From: an uncultured Actinomycetes bacterium
GTDB taxonomy: Bacteria; Actinomycetota; Thermoleophilia; Gaiellales; JAICJC01
Reading direction: 5' to 3'
Length of the DNA stretch: 64,000 nt
Assembly: GCA_963731515.1 (NCBI GenBank)
Contig: CAVSVU010000017.1
Coordinates: 541,164 to 605,163, forward strand
The number at the start of each line of letters is the position of its first letter. Position 1 is the first letter of the stretch. Below are positions 8,481-15,579 of the stretch, piece after piece. A model generated the notes under the pieces. The model had not been told where the DNA came from. It searched no databases and saw only the letters and a list, made by a program, of their open reading frames with translations. Both the position numbers and the translations under genes were made by a program.

Positions 8481-8538
8481 CGAAACGGGGCACAACGCCC
8501 CGTCGGCGAGACCTGGCCGCCTCGCCCTGATGAGCTAG
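8477..8538 (+). ncRNA. hammerhead self-cleaving ribozyme motif, type II topology (stem II open); predicted cleavage between 8504 and 8505
   Basis: CUAGC|GAA|ACGGGGC-ACAAC-GCCCCGU|C|GGCGAG-ACCUGGCCGC-CUCGCC|CUGAUGA|GCUAG. The full conserved core is present: CUGAUGA, GAA, A15.1-U16.1, the GUC triplet and G10.1-C11.1. There are three compatible helices. Confidence 0.8.
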
Positions 8539-8556
8539 GCCATACACCCACGACCC
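8484..8556 (+). repeat. 73-nt repeat copy 1 (hammerhead stems III and I, CUGAUGA, GGCCAUACACCCACGACCC tail)
   Basis: Identical to 9121-9192 except for one extra A (8537). Confidence 0.9.
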
Positions 8557-8569
8557 CGAGGAGGGCAAC

Positions 8570-8586
8570 CGGGGCACGAGGCCCCG
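8570..8586 (+). other. hairpin CGGGGC-ACGAG-GCCCCG followed by UUUCG (weak terminator-like or anti-ribozyme element)
   Basis: 6-bp GC stem with 5-nt loop. Its 3' arm plus UUUCGC (8581-8592) is the exact reverse complement of GCGAAACGGGGC (8480-8491) in the hammerhead. Confidence 0.5.
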
Positions 8587-8639
8587 TTTCGCCTACGGGC
8601 GGGTGTTGGCCTCGATGCGGAAGAGCACCACCGCCGATC

Positions 8640-9167
8640 GTGAAGCAGATCGCCGCGTACCCCGGCGACATCGTGTCGGTCGACACCTACCCCACCGCCC
8701 AGCACCCTGCCGAGATGGGCGCCAAAGTCGCCCTCATGCACCGGGCCGCGCACGGCCGCCGAGTGTGCGCCGCGCTCCAGGTATACAACCGCAGCAACTC
8801 CACGAGACCACGTGTAGACGACCGCCAACCCGACGGCACCCGATCACCACCTCGGCCATCGCCGGCTCATCGTCGGCCAAGGCCACCTCGGTCATCCGCA
8901 TCACCATCACCGACACCGGCGATGCGCTCGGCCAGGTCCGGCTTGACCTGTCGCTCGACGCCGCCGCTTCCTCGCCCAAGCCCTGCTCGGCTCGGCCGGC
9001 GACGCCGAAAAGGCGGCGTGATAACCGAGCCCCAAAAGCGTTGGTACTGGCGCTGCTCGTGCGGTGCGCACAGTCGCTCGGACGGATCGCTGATCCAGTC
9101 CGACGCCGAGTGGCTCGCCGAACGGGGCACAACGCCCCGTCGGCGAGACCTGGCCGCCTCGCCCTGA
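8640..9167 (+). other. uncertain coding region between the two hammerhead-type modules (possibly a frame-broken small gene)
   Basis: High-GC3 stretches appear in two + frames (VKQIAAYPGDIVSVDTYPTAQHPAEMGAKV..., ...SVIRITITDTGDALGQVRLDLSLD..., ...KRWYWRCSCGAHSRSDGSLIQSDAEWLAE). No intact ORF with a recognisable domain. A minus-strand reading cannot be excluded. Confidence 0.25.
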
Positions 9168-9177
9168 TGAGCTGGCC
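9113..9177 (+). ncRNA. second hammerhead-like module, probably impaired as sequenced (GAAC instead of GAAAC; stem II not complementary)
   Basis: Stems III and I, GUC (9139-9141) and CUGAUGA (9164-9170) are identical to copy 1. The GAA-A15.1 run is one A short. The flanks GGCUCGCC and GCUGGCC pair poorly. Confidence 0.45.
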
Positions 9178-9192
9178 ATACACCCACGACCC
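9121..9192 (+). repeat. 72-nt repeat copy 2 of the hammerhead module
   Basis: Identical to 8484-8556 apart from a 1-nt indel. The repeat period is 637 nt. Confidence 0.9.
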
Positions 9193-9237
9193 GGTCAATC
9201 GGCGCTGATGAGCCAGGCCAGCGGTCGCGGCGCTCGG

Positions 9238-9251
9238 TTCCTACCAGGCGC
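9238..9251 (+). repeat. 14-nt direct repeat of the tRNA-Arg 3' end (TTCCTACCAGGCGC), att-like islet boundary
   Basis: Exact copy of 6702-6715 (T-arm 3' strand plus acceptor 3' strand of tRNA-Arg), same orientation, 2.5 kb downstream. Confidence 0.6.
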
Positions 9252-9411
9252 CTTTGGGCAGTCCGGGCGATTCGGCTCAACGCCCGCGAAAACCCTCGTG
9301 GTTGAGGTGAAAGTCGGCACAGGCGCGCTCCATGCCGATAGCCTTTTCGTGTGACACGACCACCGCCTGACCCGGCGCGGGGCGCGGAAGCGGCCAGGAA
9401 AACTCAGATGC

Positions 9412-9777
9412 TTGGGCGTCAAGGGCATCCTCATCGAGGCTGCAGAGCTGGGTTACATCACGCAAGTGACGTGCAGGATGCCCGAGTGCTTCTGTCCCGA
9501 GGAGCTGGGCGGTGCTCGGTACTTCGAACCTGTCACTGACGAGCTGACCGACTGGATGCCGACCCACGAGCATTTCCCACGGCCAAAGCGAGCCGGCGGC
9601 CATCGAAGTCCCGACAATGCCGTGCTTGCGCACCGCCTGTGCAACAGGATCGACTATTCGATATCCATCGGGCGGCCATACGCGAGAGATCTCGAGCGGG
9701 TCAGGAAAGCTCGCGAGGCGGCCGCCCGGAGGTCGTTTGTCGACCACGATGATCCACCACGGACAGGGGAGGGACCT
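9412..9777 (+). CDS. HNH (His-Me finger) endonuclease-like segment, in frame with the downstream ABM domain
   Basis: CRMPECFC...THEHFPRPKRAGGHRSPDNAVLAHRLCN gives a Cys cluster plus the H..H...GG...N...H..CN spacing of HNH nucleases. It has a TTG start and lower local GC. There is no stop before the ABM part. Confidence 0.45.
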
Positions 9778-10074
9778 GTGATCGCGCGGATCTGGCGGGG
9801 CGCGGTGCGCCCAGGAGATGCGGACGAGTACGCCGCCTACGTTCGGGACACGGGCGTCGACCAGTACAAGTCGACGCCGGGGAACCGGGGGGCATGGATC
9901 CTCCGCCGGCCTGCGGGGGACATGACGGAGATCGTCGCGTTCTCGCTCTGGGAGAGCATGGACGCCGTCCGCGCGTTCGCCGGCGATGACCCGTCACGGG
10001 CGGTCTACTACCCCGAGGACGATCGCTTCCTGGTCGAGCGCAGCGACGTCGTCGAGCACTACGAGGCCGACTGA
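9778..10074 (+). CDS. antibiotic-biosynthesis-monooxygenase (ABM/Dabb)-like small protein
   Basis: VIARIWRGAVRPGDADEYAAYVRDTG...EIVAFSLWESMDAVRAFAG is a typical ABM ferredoxin-like fold sequence. GTG 9778 is preceded by GGGGAGGGA. Confidence 0.6.
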   Translation: MIARIWRGAVRPGDADEYAAYVRDTGVDQYKSTPGNRGAWILRRPAGDMTEIVAFSLWESMDAVRAFAGDDPSRAVYYPEDDRFLVERSDVVEHYEAD

Positions 10075-10165
10075 TCCGACGCGACGGCGCCCACGGCGAG
10101 GCTCGCGAAAGGGAGGCGCGCGCTCGGGTGATACGGGCGCAGCGCTGAACAGGCCGCAATACCCG

Positions 10166-10504
10166 TCAGGCGTCGTGCGTCCGCCGCAGCCCGCCGCGCA
10201 GCCCCGACCACCATCGCTGCACGCCGGCCAGGTACGCCTCCATGCCGGCGGGCGCGAACGCCTCGGTCGCGGCCAGCGCGTCGCTGATCCACAGCGTCTC
10301 GTCCTCCGGGTCGAGCGCCTCGACGGCGTCCACCGGCACTTCGAGCACGCGCGTGCGGAACGTCCCGCTCAGCGCGAACACGGCGTCGGGGCGGTCGTGG
10401 GCCGACCCGTAGCGGACGTACTCCACCACCCCCACGCGGCGCTCGCCTGCGCGGACGTCGAATCCCTCGCAGTGCCCGAGCCAGTACTCGCGATCCTCGG
10501 CCAT
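10166..10504 (-). CDS. hypothetical protein, PRC-barrel-like
   Basis: ATG 10504 has a GGGAGG RBS. WLGHCEGFDVRAGERRVGVVEYVRY...VLEVPVDAVEALD resembles PRC-barrel proteins. The assignment is tentative. Confidence 0.5.
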   Translation of the reverse strand: MAEDREYWLGHCEGFDVRAGERRVGVVEYVRYGSAHDRPDAVFALSGTFRTRVLEVPVDAVEALDPEDETLWISDALAATEAFAPAGMEAYLAGVQRWWSGLRGGLRRTHDA

Positions 10505-10564
10505 GGTGCCTCCCAGTCGCCCCGTGGGCTGCACTCCGAAGAGTACCCCCGCCGGCGCCTCTGC

Positions 10565-11635
10565 CTACTGCTCCACGGTCACAATTCGCAGACCCCGGCG
10601 GCGGATGCCGCGGATGATCCGGGGGAGGGCCTTGATCGTGGCCGTCCGGTCGCCGCCGCCGTCGTGCATGATCACGATCGAGCCCGCGTGGACGTGCGAG
10701 AGCACCGAGCGGACGATGCCCTTCGCGGTGCGCCCCGGCGCCCAGTCGCGCGGGTCGACGGACCAGAGCACCACCCGGCAGCCGAGGCTGGACGCGATCG
10801 CGACGACGCGATCCGACCAGCCCCCGCCCGGCGGCCGGAACAGGGTCGGGTGGACGCCCTCGGCGATCAGCGTGCGCCGGGCGAGCGCGATCTGCGCGCG
10901 CACGACGCCCGGGCGCTGCTCGCCGAACGGCGGCGTCAGCGGGTGGCTCCAGGAGTGGTCCTCGACGAAGACGCCATGCTGGCGCCGCTCCGCCGCGATG
11001 ATCCCGGGGAAGTGCTCGGCGAGGTTCCCGACGGTGAAGAACGTCGCCCGTGCGTGGAACCGGCGCAGGATGGCGAGGATCCGCACCGTCTGCCCCGGCC
11101 ACGGCCCGTCGTCGAACGTGAGCGCGACCGCCTGCGGCACCCGCGGCGGGCCGGTCGGCCGAAACGCGGTCGAGGCCACCTTGCCCGAGATGTTGCCCCG
11201 CACCGTCACCTCGACTCCGGGCACGCGGCCGAGCGTGTACTCCGGGTCGGCCGGCTCGCCGCCGGGGACGGGGACGCGGCGCACGGTCACCGGCTCGGTG
11301 CGGTCGGGGCCGGGCACGAGCCGGAGGCGGTCGCCGGAGCGCAGCGGCTCTCCGCCGGGGAGCGGCGCGCCGTTGACGAGCACCCGGCCGGGGTAGCGGC
11401 CGGCGGCGATCGTCACACCGCCGACGTCGACCAGGTCGCCCGGGCGTGGCCGGAGGTCGAGGTCGCGGATCGCGTCGGCGAGCGTCGAGTGCGCAACCGC
11501 CTGGCGCGTCGCGCCGTCGACGCGAAGCTGGAGCGGCGGCGGCTGGTCGGCGACCGTCGGCGCCCGCCATCCCGCGGCCACCAGCACGACGCAGACCAGC
11601 GCCACCCGCGATCCGATGCGACCGATCCGTGCCAT
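10565..11635 (-). CDS. polysaccharide deacetylase (NodB homology domain) with N-terminal membrane anchor
   Basis: ALTFDDGPWPGQTVRILAILRRFHARATFFTVG...HSWSHP are NodB motifs. ATG 11635 gives MARIGRIGSRVALVCVVLVAAGW as the anchor. Confidence 0.8.
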   Translation of the reverse strand: MARIGRIGSRVALVCVVLVAAGWRAPTVADQPPPLQLRVDGATRQAVAHSTLADAIRDLDLRPRPGDLVDVGGVTIAAGRYPGRVLVNGAPLPGGEPLRSGDRLRLVPGPDRTEPVTVRRVPVPGGEPADPEYTLGRVPGVEVTVRGNISGKVASTAFRPTGPPRVPQAVALTFDDGPWPGQTVRILAILRRFHARATFFTVGNLAEHFPGIIAAERRQHGVFVEDHSWSHPLTPPFGEQRPGVVRAQIALARRTLIAEGVHPTLFRPPGGGWSDRVVAIASSLGCRVVLWSVDPRDWAPGRTAKGIVRSVLSHVHAGSIVIMHDGGGDRTATIKALPRIIRGIRRRGLRIVTVEQ

Positions 11636-11693
11636 CCCTGCATGGTGCCCTACCCGGTCCGGGCGGATCTGCGTCCGGCGCGTGTCAGGTGTG

Positions 11694-12996
11694 TCACGGA
11701 GCGCCGGCGGCCCGCAGCGCGCGGAACCGCTCGGTGACGGCCTCGGTGAGCCGCTCCGGGCTCGAGTCGACGGTGTGGACACCGCGCCGGCGGATCCCCG
11801 CCAGCGCCGCCCCCCGGTCCTCGATCACCTGGGTCGCCACGCCGCGCTCGTAGAGCGTCCCGGCGTCGATCACGGGCTGGGCCGCGAGCTCCGTCAGCTC
11901 GGCGTCGCGGATCGACGCGAACACGACGGTGTGCCGGCGTGCGAGCGTGCCGAGCAGGGCGGCGAGGCGGTCGTCCGCCTGCGCGTAGAGCGCGTCGGAG
12001 AAGACGACGACGAGCGCGCGGCGGCGGGACATGCGCACGAGGGCCGCGAGGCACGTGCGCCAGTCCGGCTCGACGAGGTCCGGCTCGAGCGGCGCGACCG
12101 TGTCGACGACGCGGCGCAGCTGTCCGGGCCGGGCCGACGGCGCCAGCGTCGCCAGCGGCCGGCCCGAGAACGCGACCAGGCCGACCGCATCGCCGAACTC
12201 GCGGGCGACGGCGGCCAGCATCACGGCCGCGTTCACGGAGCGGTCGATCTTCCCCAGGCCCGTCGCCGCCGGCGCCGTGCATGAGCCGGCCCGCCTCGAG
12301 GGCGAGGATGAGCGTCTGCCCCCGCTCCGGCTGGTGCTGGGCGACGACGGGCCGGCCGCGGCGGGCGGTCGCCTTCCAGGCGATGCGGCGGTACTCGTCG
12401 CCGCGGACGTACTCGCGCAGGCTCTCGAACTCGCGCGCGGTCGTCTCCCCGCGGATCAGCCGCTCCCCGGCCGGCCGCCGCCCCGGCGGGAGCAGGGCCG
12501 CGTCGCGCAGCTGGAGCACGTCCGGCCACGCGACCGCCTCCACCGCCGTCTCGGGGTGGCTGCGCTCGCGGAAGGCGACGCCGAGCGGGCCGAGCACGCG
12601 CACGTCGGCGGCCGCGAAGCGCACGGGGCCGCGCCGGCGCGGCACGGCCTGCACGACGAGGATGCGCTCCTCGCCGGCGCCGAGGTCGAGGTCGATGCGG
12701 TCAGGCGCGAGGCCGACGCCGGCCGGGGCCGCGTCTGCGACCGTCACGCGCCGCGCCGGCCCGGAGTTCCGGATCACCAGCGGCACCGGGTTCTCGCGGC
12801 CGATCGAGAGCGGCGGCGGCGCCTCCCGCTCGAGCGCGATCTGGCCGGGGTCGGCAGCCAGCCAGTCGGCGACCACGATCCCGGCGGCGAGCGCGTTCGC
12901 GATCACGAAGCCAAGCGCGGCCTGGCCGGCGGCCGCCGCCAGCAGGGTGACGACGCCGGCGGCTGCGAAGAGGCCCAGGCCGCGGAGGGTGATCAC
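11694..12996 (-). CDS. DUF58 domain protein (MoxR-associated), +1 frame break near 12257
   Basis: VITLRGLGLF...REYVRGDEYRRIAWKATARRGRPVVAQHQPERGQTLILALEAG lies in one frame. (K)IDRSVNAAVMLAAVAREFGDAVGLVAF... lies in the next. Span is 1303 nt (1 mod 3). GTGA overlap with the MoxR stop. Confidence 0.8.
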
Positions 12997-13947
12997 CGCG
13001 GCACGGGCACGGCCGCGAGCGCCGACGCGATCACGTCGTCGGGCGAGCGGCCGCCGAGCTCGGCGTCGGCCGACAGCACGATCCGGTGGCGCAAGCACGG
13101 CGGGCGCCAGCGACTGGAGGTCGTCCGGCGTGACGAAGTCGGCCACGCGGGCGGCGGCCATCACCTTGGCGGCGAGCACGAGCGCGATCGCGCCGCGCGG
13201 GCTGGGCCCGACGATCACGTCCGGCGATGCCCGCAGCCACGCCGACACCTCTGCGACGTAGCCGAGCACGTCGTCGTGGACGACCACCGCCGCGGCCTCC
13301 TCCTGCATCGCGAGCGCCTCGGCCGGCGAGATGATCGGCTCGACGGCGCCGAGGGCGCGATCGAGCTCGCGCGGCCGGAACCCGGCCTGGTAGCGGCGCA
13401 GGATCTCGGTCTCGGCGGCGGGATCGGGATAGCCGAGCAGGAGCTTCAGGAGAAAGCGGTCGAGCTGCGCCTCGGGCAGCTGGTAGGTGCCCTCGAACTC
13501 GATCGGGTTCTGGGTCGCGCAGACGACGAACGGACGCGGCAGGTCGAGCGTCTCGCCCTCGATCGTCACCCGCCCCTCCTCCATCGCCTCGAGCAGGGCG
13601 GCCTGCGTCTTCGGCGGCGTCCGGTTGATCTCGTCGGCGAGGATCAGCGACGCGAACACCGGCCCGCGGCGGAGCTCGAACGTGCCGTCGGAGGGCCGGT
13701 AGACGAGCGTCCCGGTAAGGTCGGCCGGCATCAGGTCGGGCGTGAACTGGATGCGGGCGAAGTCGAGGCCGGCGATGCGGGCGAGCGTGCGCGCGAGCAG
13801 CGTCTTCGCGGTGCCCGGCGGGCCCTCGAGCAGGACGTGGCCCTCGAGCACGAGCGCCGCCAGCAGCCCGTCGATGGTCTCGTCGTTGCCGACGACGACG
13901 CGGTGAAGCGCGTCCCTGCCCCGCCCGAAGAAGTCAGCGATCGCCAC
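12993..13947 (-). CDS. MoxR-family AAA+ ATPase, +1 frame break near 13093
   Basis: Walker A (LLEGPPGTAKT), Walker B (LILADEINR) and VCATQNPIEFEGTYQLPEAQLDRF are present. The C-terminal HRIVLSADAELGGRSPDDVIASALAAVPVPR is read only after shifting frame at CTTGCG. Span is 955 nt (1 mod 3). Confidence 0.85.
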
Positions 13948-14965
13948 CGGTCACCCTCCTCGTGATCTCCTCGATGCGGGCACATGCTCGCACGGCGACC
14001 CCCGGGGACGCGGCGGACTCGAGCTGGACGAGCGCGCCCTCGGCCGGTTCCGCCAGGCCGCCCAGGCGGGCCCGGTAGGCGTCCGCGAGCGGTCCGGTCG
14101 CCGCGGCCAGGCGCCCGGCCGAGCGGTGCATCCCCGCCAGCGACCGGACGAGCTCGACCGTCGTCCGGGTCGTCGTGCCCGAATCGGGTGCCACGGGACC
14201 GAGGCGGCGGGCTGCGGCCAGGGCGGCCAGGATCGCGATCGCCGCGACCTCGAGGATCTCGAGCTGCACCCACCGCGGCAGGAACGCCAGCGAGCCGAGC
14301 GTCGGCGAGCCGCCCTGGTGGAACGCGTCGACGCCGACGGCGCCGCCCCCGGCGGCCTCGGCGAGCGGAAGCGCGATCGCCAGGCCGTCGCCGTCGATGC
14401 CGGCGTTCGTCAGCAGGCGCGGCTGGGAGACCGCGAAGACGCTCCCCCTCCCCACCGGCACGAGCGCCGCGGCGGCCGCATCGCGGTCGCCGATGAGGGC
14501 GACGGCCCGGCGTGGAAGCGGGCCGAAGGTGGCCGCCGCGGCCACTCCATCCGCGGAGAGGCCGGGGAACGCGTGCCGGCCCGCGGCGGTCGGACGCGCA
14601 TCGGCGGGCGGGCCGAACCTCAGGCCCAGCGCCTCGGTGAGCGGGTTGCGGTGATCGGTCGCGAGCAGGAGGACGGCGCCGGCACGGATCGACCGCACCC
14701 ACGCCGCCGCCTCGTCGTGGCTGAACGAGCGCGGCTCTACCGTGACGATCAGCCCGTGGTCGGGGATCGTCGGCGAGAGCCGCTCGTCGACGCCGAAGCC
14801 GGAGGCGCGCAGGCCCGCGCCGAGCCCGGACAGGCCCAGCCTCCCGTGGCCGTCGAGGCGGTACGGCGGCCCGGCGGTGCGCGGCGACTGGACGAGCAGG
14901 CCGATGCCGGCGGCGGCGACCGCCAGCAGGGCCGCGCCGATCCAGACGTCCCGCGAGCGCCTCAC
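13934..14965 (-). CDS. DUF4350 domain protein
   Basis: GTG 14965 (GTGA overlap) gives VRRSRDVWIGAALLAVAAAGIGLLV as a TM anchor. The rest matches the DUF4350 proteins that accompany MoxR/DUF58 clusters, which is a positional and compositional call. Confidence 0.6.
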   Translation of the reverse strand: MRRSRDVWIGAALLAVAAAGIGLLVQSPRTAGPPYRLDGHGRLGLSGLGAGLRASGFGVDERLSPTIPDHGLIVTVEPRSFSHDEAAAWVRSIRAGAVLLLATDHRNPLTEALGLRFGPPADARPTAAGRHAFPGLSADGVAAAATFGPLPRRAVALIGDRDAAAAALVPVGRGSVFAVSQPRLLTNAGIDGDGLAIALPLAEAAGGGAVGVDAFHQGGSPTLGSLAFLPRWVQLEILEVAAIAILAALAAARRLGPVAPDSGTTTRTTVELVRSLAGMHRSAGRLAAATGPLADAYRARLGGLAEPAEGALVQLESAASPGVAVRACARIEEITRRVTGGDR

Positions 14966-15579
14966 GCGAGCATCGCCTGGGCCAGCGCGTCGGCGTGGCG
15001 GACGTCGTCGGCGGCGACCGGCGCGTCGCCGTAGACGGCGTCCTCGAAGAGCCGGGTGCAGTCGGCGAGGGCGCTCGCCTGGGGCGATGTGGCGCCGAGG
15101 GCGCGGACGAACGCCCAGTTCGTGCGGCCGGGCCGGTGCCGCCATCCGCGCCTGCGGCCGAGCTCGCCGAGCGCGCCGGCGTAGAGCATCCGCAGCGCGG
15201 CACGAGGGTCGGCGTCCGCCAGCCGCAGCGCCTCCGCGCGGGTCGCCGCATAGCCCGCGACGGCCGGCTCGTGCCCGCCCTCCGGCGACGCTCCGCGCCC
15301 TCTCCGCGGCAGCATCCGCACGACGAGCGCCACGGCGCCCGCCACCAGCAGCGCCAGCGCACCGAGCCGGATCAGCCCGGCGATCGAGGAGGCGTGCAGG
15401 CCGAGGCCCGACCCGAGGTGTTCGCCCAGCCAGCGCAGGAACCGGCCCAGCAGGCTGGGGCCGCCGCCGTGCGACGGGTGGTAGAAGGTCGCCCGGGCCG
15501 CGGCGCGGGCGTGGTCGAGGCCCGGCCCGACGCGGTCGGCCGCCGCCCCGACCCGCGCCAGCTCGGCGGGCGCCGTCAG
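14962..15579 (-). CDS. DUF4129 domain protein; only available start is CTG 15579 in a CTGA overlap
   Basis: C-terminal WRHRPGRTNWAFVRAL...CTRLFEDAVYGDAPV fits DUF4129. The N-terminal region and TM (IAGLIRLGALALLVAGAVALVV) lie upstream of the first GTG/ATG. Confidence 0.6.
   Translation of the reverse strand: MTAPAELARVGAAADRVGPGLDHARAAARATFYHPSHGGGPSLLGRFLRWLGEHLGSGLGLHASSIAGLIRLGALALLVAGAVALVVRMLPRRGRGASPEGGHEPAVAGYAATRAEALRLADADPRAALRMLYAGALGELGRRRGWRHRPGRTNWAFVRALGATSPQASALADCTRLFEDAVYGDAPVAADDVRHADALAQAMLA

Noticed and set aside
8570-8593. Minus-strand GCGAAACGGGGC-CUCGU-GCCCCGG that mimics the GAAA-stem III part of a hammerhead
   Set aside because: The base after the helix is G, so there is no U16.1 or H17. 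No CUGAUGA is present on that strand. It is better explained as the inverted complement discussed under the switch hypothesis.
9205-9220. Fourth CUGAUGAGCCAGGCC occurrence just before the att-like repeat
   Set aside because: An intact CUGAUGA is present, but there is no following GAAA, stem III or cleavage triplet. The nearby GCGAAAACCCUCGUGGUUGAGGUGAAAGUC (9295-9325) does not give an A15.1-U16.1 helix.
6722-9251. CRISPR array or retron in the repeat-rich islet
   Set aside because: The repeats are 80-bp tandem units and two 73-nt units 637 nt apart. They are not short regularly spaced repeats with unique spacers. No cas genes, reverse transcriptase or msr/msd-type inverted repeats were seen.
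9277-9747. 156-aa minus-strand ORF
   Set aside because: It is antisense to the HNH-like reading frame, which has a recognisable nuclease motif. This ORF has none.
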